A DNA stretch of 37,505 nt from a virus (taxonomy: Duplodnaviria; Caudoviricetes): the IMG/VR virus record IMGVR_UViG_3300020045_001919, positions 1 to 37,505 of that record. One strand, 5' to 3'. A program made the position numbers and the translations under genes. Of this stretch, positions 27,359 through 35,058 are shown one piece after another. Each line of letters begins with the position of its first letter. Position 1 is the stretch's first letter. Below the pieces are notes generated by a model that saw only the letters and a program-made list of their open reading frames with translations, searched no databases and was not told the DNA's origin.

Positions 27359-27560
27359 TTTTTGCCTCCTCAATGATATTGCTCAGGATAACATGGATTG
27401 CATCACCCATGTCAGCATAGACGTAACGTAATATATCGGAATGGGTATGGTCGCCGCTGATAATGTGGAGCGTCTCGCCATCCGGCAACTTCACCTCGAT
27501 CAGATCCCGTTTAATTTCACCTCTGGAGTTTTTGGTTGTCGTCCAGCGATCCTGTGTCAT
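27330..27560 (-). CDS. Hypothetical protein, 76 aa
   Basis: GGAGG RBS; ATGA coupling. Confidence 0.7.
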   Translation of the reverse strand: MTQDRWTTTKNSRGEIKRDLIEVKLPDGETLHIISGDHTHSDILRYVYADMGDAIHVILSNIIEEAKNDRPLSAVS

Positions 27561-27775
27561 TTTTTAGCCTCCGGTGGCGCTGGCAAGGGCATCCAATAAT
27601 CTAAATAATTTAAGTTGCTATCATAGGGGTGGTCCTCTTCTAAAAGACCACATTCCTTATCCCAATAAGCAACCACGGTATGGCGGCACCCACCAGAAGA
27701 TCCGCGATCCCATCCCGTTGCCAAAAAAGCCGTCCCATCCTTTGGCGCTGTTTCTATCGGTTGCCAGTCAGTCAT
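27557..27775 (-). CDS. DUF551-like phage protein
   Basis: WQPIETAPKDGT...WMPLPAPP signature. Confidence 0.85.
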   Translation of the reverse strand: MTDWQPIETAPKDGTAFLATGWDRGSSGGCRHTVVAYWDKECGLLEEDHPYDSNLNYLDYWMPLPAPPEAKK

Positions 27776-28223
27776 TCGCCATCCCCTCTTTTAGCGCCCG
27801 TATGATTGCGCGGATAACCAAGCCGTCAGCTTGTTCATCGTAATAATACTCGCCTGTTTTCATCGCCTCGGAATTAATCAGTGCCCGCGCCCGTTTTAGA
27901 TACGGATCAACCGGCGCAAGGTCTTGGTGCTTTTCGATTGCCGCCGCTTTCCATGCGCGGAGGTCCTCAAGCTCCTCAAGAGCGGCTGCGCTTATGTCGA
28001 TTAGGCTTCCACCAAATACATCAACGTCCGGCCTGTTGCGTAGGGGTGGGCAGTGGTCATCAAAGTGATGTCCGCTCTCGGTGAACACATTGTAATCAGG
28101 CACACTGCCGTCCTCATAGGTGATCTGATACCACTGACCAAGGCGAGGCCGATCCTCCCGCAACCGCACCGGCCTGCCATCATGCAGCATCAACGGCTTG
28201 TTTATGTCAAATGGTTCATCCAT
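27768..28223 (-). CDS. Hypothetical protein, 151 aa
   Basis: FDINKPL...DGRPVR N-terminus; coupled. Confidence 0.75.
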   Translation of the reverse strand: MDEPFDINKPLMLHDGRPVRLREDRPRLGQWYQITYEDGSVPDYNVFTESGHHFDDHCPPLRNRPDVDVFGGSLIDISAAALEELEDLRAWKAAAIEKHQDLAPVDPYLKRARALINSEAMKTGEYYYDEQADGLVIRAIIRALKEGMAND

Positions 28224-28434
28224 TGGTTTCGTCCTTAGCTTTCAAATATGCTTGATATTCAGCGACGGCTTCTGGAAATGTCCACTCACTCCAAGGTGGC
28301 GTTGGTGGACCGAATGAAGGGCATGGACCCGTTCTACAAGCACCTGTACAATGACACTCCTGGATCTTAGAATATTTCTCCAAATACTGCTCTGGGATTG
28401 GCGTGCCATCGGTATAGTGGGTGTATTTACCCAT
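28216..28434 (-). CDS. Small Cys-cluster protein (CHCTGAC....CP), 72 aa
   Basis: ATG 28434 has a GGAG RBS and an 8-nt overlap with the upstream stop. Confidence 0.65.
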   Translation of the reverse strand: MGKYTHYTDGTPIPEQYLEKYSKIQECHCTGACRTGPCPSFGPPTPPWSEWTFPEAVAEYQAYLKAKDETNG

Positions 28435-29275
28435 TACGCTTCTCCCATGCGTAGAGTAGGCCGACACCTGTATCTGTATCAGACAAGTCAATCTCATCCG
28501 CAGACCAACCCACACCCGCAGCCCTACCAAAAGCCAAAATTTCATCCTTTAGCGCTCGGTCTGGATCAGGCACCAAGTCTGGATGTTTCGCCCGTGCGGC
28601 GGCTAGTTCTGCAGACAACGCTGCATTTTCACCCTGTAGCCTTGCTATCGTCGCCAAGTCGCCCGTTAGCGTATACCCAACCGAGATAGTCTTGGCGGTG
28701 TATACCTGCTCACCCTTCTTGCGGTATCCGATGATATCAGCGGTAGATTGCAGAGCATGATGCTTCCAGTCCGCAGCACCGCCTCCAGAAAATGTTTCAC
28801 CAGATCGAAGCAAAACCTCACCATCCCAATCATCCGGCGCTGTGTCACCACCAGCCCAAGGCTCAAAACCTTGCTCGATTGCTTGATAAGCCCAATGGTC
28901 AGCGGGTAGGCGGATTTTTGAAATAACCGGCCAGTACCAAATGTCAGATTTATCCTGCTCATCAACCAGCCAAGCATCCTCACATATCTCATTAGCCAGA
29001 ATAATATCATCATCAGCCAACCACGCTGGCCGCTTGCCATCCACCTGTATCTCTGGACCGTATTCAGGCGCAGCCTCCACGTGTGGTGCTGGAACCTCTT
29101 CGATTAGGTCATAGGGGTGATCGGGGGAGCGGGCATAAAAACGACCCTCTTCGGTGAGGTAGCTCCCGCAAGATATAAAAGGATAATTTTCACATTCAGT
29201 TGACCTCGCCACAGGCCCCACAACATCACCGGCCCGGTTCCTGTAGTATTTTCCCGCCTCAATCTTCATCGTCAT
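28427..29275 (-). CDS. Hypothetical multi-module phage protein, 282 aa
   Basis: IEAGKYYRNR.G...DLIEE and W.H.....DIIGYR modules; AGGAG RBS. Confidence 0.8.
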   Translation of the reverse strand: MTMKIEAGKYYRNRAGDVVGPVARSTECENYPFISCGSYLTEEGRFYARSPDHPYDLIEEVPAPHVEAAPEYGPEIQVDGKRPAWLADDDIILANEICEDAWLVDEQDKSDIWYWPVISKIRLPADHWAYQAIEQGFEPWAGGDTAPDDWDGEVLLRSGETFSGGGAADWKHHALQSTADIIGYRKKGEQVYTAKTISVGYTLTGDLATIARLQGENAALSAELAAARAKHPDLVPDPDRALKDEILAFGRAAGVGWSADEIDLSDTDTGVGLLYAWEKRNG

Positions 29276-29303
29276 TCTCCTGTTAGATATTTGCCGTCGC
29301 GGA

Positions 29304-29525
29304 TTACTCTACCCGCCAGATACGTACTCCACCTTCGACAGACCTGCGTGTAAAGTCACCGCCATGCGCGGCCTTGTACATCGAGGCTGACTTGGAAGCG
29401 CTTCTAACCTTCTCTTGCGGTACGAAAAAACTGTCCCCGACTTCCATTTCCGCGAAGGGGTATTTTTTTGGCCTGCCGAGTTTTGGCTCCGGCAATGGAA
29501 CGCTTTTATCAACTTCAATCTGCAT
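29304..29525 (-). CDS. Small putative DNA-binding phage protein, 73 aa
   Basis: GRPKKYPFAEMEVGDSFFVP...GVRIWRV pattern; TAGGAG RBS. Confidence 0.82.
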   Translation of the reverse strand: MQIEVDKSVPLPEPKLGRPKKYPFAEMEVGDSFFVPQEKVRSASKSASMYKAAHGGDFTRRSVEGGVRIWRVE

Positions 29526-29584
29526 TTTGCATCTCCTATTGTTCTATACTTAAATCACACTTCCGCAGCGCTGTAAAGGGTAAT

Positions 29585-29785
29585 TCACCCCATCATTTCC
29601 CGTTTCTGCCGCTTGTCATCCGCATCCCTCCTCGCCCGGATCGGCTTGTCTGCCTCACATGCCAGCCGCCGAAGCCTTGACGCCAGCCCTGCCCGTGCGA
29701 TCTCTGGATTAGCCATCAGGCGATGCACTAGCGTGTTTAGCGTGGCTAGTGTTGGCTCGTCAGTTTGTTTCTGGAAAAAGCGCAT
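29585..29785 (-). CDS. Hypothetical protein, 66 aa
   Basis: AAGGAG RBS after the helicase stop. Confidence 0.65.
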   Translation of the reverse strand: MRFFQKQTDEPTLATLNTLVHRLMANPEIARAGLASRLRRLACEADKPIRARRDADDKRQKREMMG

Positions 29786-29796
29786 TTCATTCTCCT

Positions 29797-31212
29797 TCAG
29801 TCATATTGTGGTCCGTCTAATTCCTTAAACCGCCAATCTCGATAATCGAGCATAACAGCCGTCTGTGATTTTTCACCCGGAAGGCCCATGCGGATCTTGT
29901 TTATCATAATCAAAGCTTCGTTCTTTTTCGGGTCTTTGCGGTGATAGGTTATCCCATAATCAGCCTTATTTGCCCAATGTGCAGAGCCTGAAATATCATA
30001 CAACCCCGGAGGACTATTCACACCTTGCCCCGGTTTTGACGGGTGGGCAACAATCCAGAAAGCCACATCGTTCTGCTTTGCAAAGCGCTTGATAGCCCGT
30101 AGAGCGCGAGAGATATATTCGGTCTCAGTCTCACCTGATTTGCGCTTGTGCTCCAGCTCATTCCACGGATCGAGAATAATAATCTTTGCGCCATCCCGAA
30201 CAACAGCGGTCCGGCAAAGCTCCAGAAAATCCTCAAGCGTCATCTCCTGATCTTCGTCAATTTGCTGGCTAATGATGACAAGGTTATCCTCTATCATCGC
30301 GTCAAACTCATCGGTTTTCCGCTGGCCCATTTCATGCCGATTGCACTGCATCATGGATTGCTTGATCCCATTGACCAAGATAGGCTTAACGTCCGTTTCA
30401 AATGACGCCACGCAGACCGGCACATTCAACCCCACAAAATGCCCTATCATCTCATTAACCAAGCTCGACTTGCCCATGTTGGCATAGCCAGTCAGTACGG
30501 TTAGGGTTCCCGGCACAACAAACAGTTTATTTCGCAGTGGCTCTATGCCCGTATCCCATGCCGTGACCTCACCCCGTTCCGGGAAGTCACTCACCCGGTA
30601 CAAGCCCTTTATCGGGTAGGGCTTGGCATAGGTGATTATGTCCACAATCGACATAGGATCATACAGCAAAGCGTCGTTCAAATCCTTGCAGAAGTCCGGG
30701 TAGGTTACAAACTTGCAGCGATCAGGCCCTAGAAGCGCCGCTAAGTCAGCTGCCAGCGCCATTCCTGGTCCGTCGCTATCTACGGCTAGTATAAAGGTCT
30801 TAACCTTCTCCAGCAGGCTTAAATGGCGCCACACCCACGAATAGCGTTTTGCGTCCTCTGGCTTATCCGTCCGATCTTTTGGCGCGCCGTTGGGGATCGA
30901 CACGACATGGCGGAAGCCTGCTTGCAGCGCTATCAGGGCATCCCACTCCCCTTCCGTGATTATCACCGGGCTGTCTCCGCAGTCCTTCAGGCAATCCACA
31001 TTCCACAGGGTAAGGGGACTGTCTGGGTCCATCCTGTGTCGCTTTTCCGACGCCATGCGGTACTTGTGGTTTATTTCCTTGCCGTCCTCCAGATACGGAA
31101 CGGTAAGCCAGTAGCCGCTTGCGTCTCTCGTTGTCTTGATCCCGAACTTCTCCGCCAGTGCCGGCTCGATACCCCTGCCCGTTAGCCAAATCTTGTGATT
31201 GTCGTGCAGCAT
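29797..31212 (-). CDS. Toprim primase-SF4 helicase (T7 gp4/Twinkle-like) lacking the N-terminal Zn finger
   Basis: IITEGEWDAL, AVDSDGPG and KDLND (Toprim); TGYANMGKS Walker A, IIILDP Walker B, IVAHP and ISGSA.W.NKAD. Confidence 0.92.
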   Translation of the reverse strand: MLHDNHKIWLTGRGIEPALAEKFGIKTTRDASGYWLTVPYLEDGKEINHKYRMASEKRHRMDPDSPLTLWNVDCLKDCGDSPVIITEGEWDALIALQAGFRHVVSIPNGAPKDRTDKPEDAKRYSWVWRHLSLLEKVKTFILAVDSDGPGMALAADLAALLGPDRCKFVTYPDFCKDLNDALLYDPMSIVDIITYAKPYPIKGLYRVSDFPERGEVTAWDTGIEPLRNKLFVVPGTLTVLTGYANMGKSSLVNEMIGHFVGLNVPVCVASFETDVKPILVNGIKQSMMQCNRHEMGQRKTDEFDAMIEDNLVIISQQIDEDQEMTLEDFLELCRTAVVRDGAKIIILDPWNELEHKRKSGETETEYISRALRAIKRFAKQNDVAFWIVAHPSKPGQGVNSPPGLYDISGSAHWANKADYGITYHRKDPKKNEALIMINKIRMGLPGEKSQTAVMLDYRDWRFKELDGPQYD

Positions 31213-31366
31213 CTGAAACTCCCTTAAATCCGCAGTGGTGACAATTCCAGATTAACCCGCCGTCAATTCTGGAAACACTCAAACACAAATCCCGTTTATT
31301 TTTCCGGCTGGGGGAACACTCCGGGCAAGTCTGCTTTCCCGCCTTGGCTGGTTCCCACCCTAGCAT
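30863..31366 (-). CDS. Primase Zn-binding domain (CPEC...CHHCG) in a separate frame; the C-terminal tail overlapping the primase gene is doubtful
   Basis: KQTCPECSPSRKNKRDLCLSV...WNCHHCGFKG matches the Twinkle/gp4 ZBD pattern. ATG 31366 overlaps the initiator stop. Confidence 0.75.
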   Translation of the reverse strand: MLGWEPAKAGKQTCPECSPSRKNKRDLCLSVSRIDGGLIWNCHHCGFKGVSDAARQSQDLANGQGYRAGTGGEVRDQDNERRKRLLAYRSVSGGRQGNKPQVPHGVGKATQDGPRQSPYPVECGLPEGLRRQPGDNHGRGVGCPDSAASRLPPCRVDPQRRAKRSDG

Positions 31367-32007
31367 GGCCCATTTACCCAATCGTCACCCCATGCGTTTT
31401 TGGGTTCGGCTTTTTTCATGCAGCGCGTGATGAATGATATTGGCTCGACTACCCGCTCAAGCTGCGCCGCAGTGATGGCTCTTGCCGCTTCATCCTTGCC
31501 GTGGTCGCGGCACCACTTGCCGATCAATGCACCCGGATCGCCTTTCACGAATGGCTTGAGATATGCCTTCGCATTAGTCCAGAAAATCTTATCAGAAGAT
31601 GCGTCCGCATCCATATCTTTAGATATGGTACTATATGTATCTGTATATGATGGCTGAGCATCTGCTGAGCTTTTGCTATACATCTGCTTAGCACGTGCTA
31701 GACCTGCCTTACGCTTTTTCAATGACTTATCGTGAACGGATGCTAATTCTTTCTCAACACGCTTATGGACCCACTTGTCGCAAGTGACTTCAAAAAACTC
31801 CGATAATACGGGTCTAGCCTTCGCCCATTCACGCGGTCCCATCCTAACTATTCGAGCTAATTTTTTGTCGTCATTAGGCAGGGATTCCCCCTTTTGCCAA
31901 TAGGTCATTATAAGCAACAAATACGCTCCATGCTCAAGCGTAGAGAGGTGCGCGGCGTCTGATAAATAGTCCGCCACATAGAGCGGCATGAACGGCAGAG
32001 CAGCCAT
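31360..32007 (-). CDS. DUF1376/YdaU-family replication initiator
   Basis: PFMPLYVADYLSD..HLSTLEHGAYLLLIM.YW...LP.DD..LARI...KRVEKE; upstream of the primase-helicase. Confidence 0.9.
   Translation of the reverse strand: MAALPFMPLYVADYLSDAAHLSTLEHGAYLLLIMTYWQKGESLPNDDKKLARIVRMGPREWAKARPVLSEFFEVTCDKWVHKRVEKELASVHDKSLKKRKAGLARAKQMYSKSSADAQPSYTDTYSTISKDMDADASSDKIFWTNAKAYLKPFVKGDPGALIGKWCRDHGKDEAARAITAAQLERVVEPISFITRCMKKAEPKNAWGDDWVNGPC
31653..31702 (-). repeat. Four 11-bp tandem iteron-like repeats (nAGCAnnTGCT), probable replication origin
   Basis: TAGCACGTGCT AAGCAGATGTA TAGCAAAAGCT CAGCAGATGCT CAGC, then an AT-rich tract, inside the initiator gene. Confidence 0.7.
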
Positions 32008-32204
32008 TATTCAGCCTCCAGCCCATAGACTTCAATCAGCATAGAGCAATCATCATCGCCGATAATGCCATAGCCGTGCAGTGTCATAATATGGGATTTT
32101 TTAAGCGCCGCCGTATCCATAGCGTCGATCTGGCGTTGGATAGTCTGGAGACGCGCAAGCCGTTCCATGATAGGTTTTGTGTAAAATGAGATAGGCTTAA
32201 ACAT
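32007..32204 (-). CDS. Hypothetical 65-aa protein leading the replication operon
   Basis: GGAG RBS before ATG 32204; TAATG coupling to the initiator. Confidence 0.7.
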   Translation of the reverse strand: MFKPISFYTKPIMERLARLQTIQRQIDAMDTAALKKSHIMTLHGYGIIGDDDCSMLIEVYGLEAE

Positions 32205-32315
32205 GTTCAAACTCCGAAAGGGCTTGAACATACGGCGCAAATAAGGTATCAGAACCTTGTCAGGGCGCTTCTGTTCAAGCGTTATATAGGGCGGGGTTCT
32301 CAGGCTCCGCCCTAT
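32202..32315 (-). promoter_or_regulatory. Structured RNA leader with alternative pairings over the RBS/start codon
   Basis: Perfect 9-bp stems at 32286-94/32307-15 and 32272-80/32222-30; the latter arm can alternatively pair with 32203-12. Confidence 0.55.
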
Positions 32316-32416
32316 TTCTTTAGCACCACATTCCACAAAATACTAGCGTCACTTGCACTGGCGAGATAATATCTGTATTGATGTTTCTGCGCCTTCGTCA
32401 GCGCTTCTCCTGTTTG

Positions 32417-32445
32417 AGGGGTCGGCTAATCACCGGCCCCTTTTT
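32417..32445. terminator. GC hairpin with a flanking A/T tract after the DnaA-C-like gene
   Basis: Plus strand AGGGGTCGG-ctaatca-CCGGCCCCT followed by TTTTT. The U-tract polarity is antisense to the genes. Confidence 0.45.
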
Positions 32446-32726
32446 ATTGCAGCTTGATCCATTTCAGCCGCTCCACAAAGTCGTCATCAGTCTCAGACAT
32501 TTCCGCCGCCATCTGGCAACCATGTATTACTGTTGTGTGATCCCTGTCCATAATAGCCCCGATGCGGGTATAGGCCATGCCAAGCCCCCGGAAATAAGCA
32601 TATGCCGCCAGCCTCGCCCGGTTGATGTTACGACTGCCACGAGGGTTTCTGTTGGTCAGAATATCATCCGCAGGCACACAAAACGCCATAGCAGCAAGCC
32701 TCAATATCCTGCCAGTGTCTAAGCAT
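32444..32726 (-). CDS. DnaA C-terminal-like HTH protein; start uncertain (possible frameshift)
   Basis: F.V..DDIL...R...I.RAR..AY....G.AY..IG..MDRDHTTVIHG is the DnaA domain IV signature. Confidence 0.75.
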
Positions 32727-32937
32727 CTATGCCTATTTCGAGAATATCCCAATCGCTCAAAAGCAGCTTGTTGGGCGGCACAAAACGCCATAGAGCCAGA
32801 CGCCACTTGTCGTAAGTGTTCTGCATGGTGTCCGGCCCGTGTATCTGGCCATTGCGGAACTTGATCCACACCATCTGCGAGGGGTTTTTGATCTCGCGCT
32901 TCGGGGCATGCAGCCATGCGTTGGGGTACCATTTCAT
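32719..32937 (-). CDS. Hypothetical 72-aa protein (MKWYPN...FRNG...SDWDI)
   Basis: GAGG RBS; ATGA coupling with the upstream gene. Confidence 0.65.
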   Translation of the reverse strand: MKWYPNAWLHAPKREIKNPSQMVWIKFRNGQIHGPDTMQNTYDKWRLALWRFVPPNKLLLSDWDILEIGIDA

Positions 32938-33872
32938 GCGACCTCAATAGCGTATGGATTATTAAAGCCCATCGTTTCAGCATAGGCGATCATTTCAGCC
33001 GTGGTCATCACGCGCTTGCCGACATGCCAATCCTCAGTGTCGGATACAGAGCCGTCAGGGTTGCGTATGTGGCTATAACGGATGTTTCCGCTACCTATAC
33101 GGCAGACAGGTGCTAGAAGGCCCTGTAGGTGCCTTTGCGCCAGCCCTGCAAGGCCATCAGGGCGCTCGTGGTTGTAAACATATTTGCTAACGATGGACGT
33201 TGTGGCGATTGCGGGCCTTTTAGGAGCCGGTTGACGTGTAAACTCTTTAGGCTTTGGCCCTAGCTTCTTAAGTGGCAATCCAAGTTCCTGCCTCCATCGC
33301 GTAATCGTGCCACGACCTACGCCAAACAAGATCGCCAGCTCGCCTATTTGTAGATGATCGTTTTCCGCGAGATTGTCCGGAGCTGGTCGGCGGCGTAAAT
33401 CTTTCTGGATACAAGGATTGTCGCCACGCTTGATCTTGTTGTTTTTGATGTAGGTGCGCAGATTGTCACGGTTGGCCCTAACGTGCGCTGCTATTTTCTC
33501 GATGCTGTAGCCATCGTGGAACATCGTTGATATGTCCGTCTTTTCCTGCTCGGTCCATATACGCCGCCTATCGGGATGCTTTGACGATAAAACCAGCCCC
33601 ATGCCAGCCACAACGTTGCTAGCAATGGCTCGGTTCATTTTCAGGTGACGCGTGATAAAGGATATGTTTTTGCCGGATTCCACCAGTCCCCTAATGGCAC
33701 TTGCATGGGGATGATTGCTGGCGTTTTTCCGGTGTTCTGCCATTGCATTGGTGTGGCGGATTTTCTTGCAGGCTTTGCACGTACTGGCGAGGCCGTCGAG
33801 CTTTTCCTTTTCTTTGCGATAATTGGTTTCAGGCTGGGCAACCTTGCAGTGCAAACAGATACGCATCGTCAT
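32934..33872 (-). CDS. Multi-domain putative DNA-binding protein (CxxC..CxxC plus several HTH-like segments), 312 aa
   Basis: CLHC...CKAC; WTEQEK..I..MF.DGYSIEKIA; IGELAILFGVGRGTITRWRQELG; AGGAG RBS. Confidence 0.75.
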   Translation of the reverse strand: MTMRICLHCKVAQPETNYRKEKEKLDGLASTCKACKKIRHTNAMAEHRKNASNHPHASAIRGLVESGKNISFITRHLKMNRAIASNVVAGMGLVLSSKHPDRRRIWTEQEKTDISTMFHDGYSIEKIAAHVRANRDNLRTYIKNNKIKRGDNPCIQKDLRRRPAPDNLAENDHLQIGELAILFGVGRGTITRWRQELGLPLKKLGPKPKEFTRQPAPKRPAIATTSIVSKYVYNHERPDGLAGLAQRHLQGLLAPVCRIGSGNIRYSHIRNPDGSVSDTEDWHVGKRVMTTAEMIAYAETMGFNNPYAIEVA

Positions 33873-33907
33873 TTCTCCTGTGTGGCGGGAGTTTCACCCG
33901 CCGTATT

Positions 33908-34375
33908 TTAGAACATGCCGCGATTGGTGATAAATGGCACCTCATCGAAGTCATCGCCGCCAAAGGGGTCGCTGGACGCATTACCGCCACCGCCGCCGTT
34001 GCCGCCAGTATTCGCCCCGCGATTGTCACCAACGCTATCAAGCATTACCAGCTTAGCATCAAAACCCTGTAGGATGATCTCGGTTGAGTAGCGCTTCTCG
34101 CCGTTCTTATCGTAAGACCTCGTTTGCAACTGCCCTTCCAGATATACCTTCGATCCTTTGCGCAAATATCGCTCAGCCACATTAGCCAACCCTTCCGAGA
34201 AGATGGCTACACTGTGGTATTCAACCTTTTCCTTGCGTTCGCCTTCTTTGGTTTTCCAGCTCTCATTAGTGGCAACGCGAAGGTTCACCACCTTACCGCC
34301 ATTGTTGAAAGAGCGGCTCTCAGGATCGGCGCAAAGGTTGCCGATAATGATGACTTTATTTACACTGCCTGCCAT
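33908..34375 (-). CDS. ssb: Single-stranded DNA-binding protein
   Basis: MAGSVNKVIIIGNL.ADPE, YLRKGSKVYLEGQLQTR and acidic tail DFDEVPF. Confidence 0.97.
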   Translation of the reverse strand: MAGSVNKVIIIGNLCADPESRSFNNGGKVVNLRVATNESWKTKEGERKEKVEYHSVAIFSEGLANVAERYLRKGSKVYLEGQLQTRSYDKNGEKRYSTEIILQGFDAKLVMLDSVGDNRGANTGGNGGGGGNASSDPFGGDDFDEVPFITNRGMF

Positions 34376-34378
34376 GTC

Positions 34379-34732
34379 TTATTCCCTTATCCAGCCCCAT
34401 TTAATCAGGGCGCTTATTGCATCGTCAACACTGTAAACAACGGCTATTGAAAGGCCGCGCTTCGCCAGTGCATCTTCCCATTCTAATTGCTTTTCGCTTA
34501 ACTCGCCGCCTTCACGCTTAACCTCCATGAAGGCTATCTGACCACTTGGACCGATAAGCAAGAGGTCAGGAAAGCCCGGCTCCAGCCCATCGGCCTTAAG
34601 TGCCGCCATCTGCATTGCCCTTTGCTTTGAGGTGCCGGACAGTGATGCACCGTTAGGAACATGCACTGCCAATATGCCACGAGCTTTGCATTGCTGGCGG
34701 ATAGAGCGTTGTATGGACCTTTCAGAGATCAC
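34379..34732 (-). CDS. VRR-NUC domain nuclease (Holliday junction resolvase-like)
   Basis: E..IQ, HVPNG, G..PGFPDL, FMEVK...G.LS..Q. Confidence 0.9.
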   Translation of the reverse strand: MISERSIQRSIRQQCKARGILAVHVPNGASLSGTSKQRAMQMAALKADGLEPGFPDLLLIGPSGQIAFMEVKREGGELSEKQLEWEDALAKRGLSIAVVYSVDDAISALIKWGWIRE

Positions 34733-34968
34733 TCTAGGCCCAACGCCGATTTGTACGTATCGAGAAGAGCCTCAGCCTCTTGGCGTGCATGAGCCTCCAT
34801 TTTGCGCAGTTTCACGATTGCGCGTAACGTTTTGGCGTCATAGCCTTGACTGGACGCTTCCTGATAGACCGATTTTATATCATCCAAGAGGCCCTGCTTT
34901 TCAGATTCAAGCCTCTCCACTCTTTCGATGTACTGCCGAAGCTGGTCGGCTGCTACGTTGTCAGTCAT
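34729..34968 (-). CDS. GapR-like DUF2312/UPF0335 nucleoid-associated protein
   Basis: AADQLRQYIERVERLE.EK..L.DDIK.VY.EA...GYD.K.LR.IV.LRK...Y..ALG. Confidence 0.92.
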   Translation of the reverse strand: MTDNVAADQLRQYIERVERLESEKQGLLDDIKSVYQEASSQGYDAKTLRAIVKLRKMEAHARQEAEALLDTYKSALGLE

Positions 34969-34984
34969 GTCATTCTCCTATTTC

Positions 34985-35058
34985 GCAACGCATTACGCAT
35001 TGCGTTTATCCATGTTGCATGCGTGTCTCATTGCGTCAATATATAAAACGCATTGCAT
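34985..35058 (-). promoter_or_regulatory. Promoter (TTGACG -35 at 35034-35039) flanked by repeated ACGCA-N-TGCGT-like operator motifs
   Basis: Perfect ACGCATTGCGT at 34995-35005; variants at 34988, 35029 and 35048. Confidence 0.55.

Noticed and set aside
29309-29518. Alternative-frame 69-aa ORF
   Set aside because: Overlaps the 73-aa ORF, which has the RBS and a recognisable motif.
32205-32336. Upstream extension of ORF 32007-32336 and the apparent MFKP tandem repeat
   Set aside because: The repeat follows from the RNA stem arms, and the RBS supports the start at 32204.
32727-32983. N-terminal extension of the 179-aa ORF
   Set aside because: Overlaps a better-supported, coupled 72-aa ORF. 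Only the C-terminal DnaA-like part is credible.
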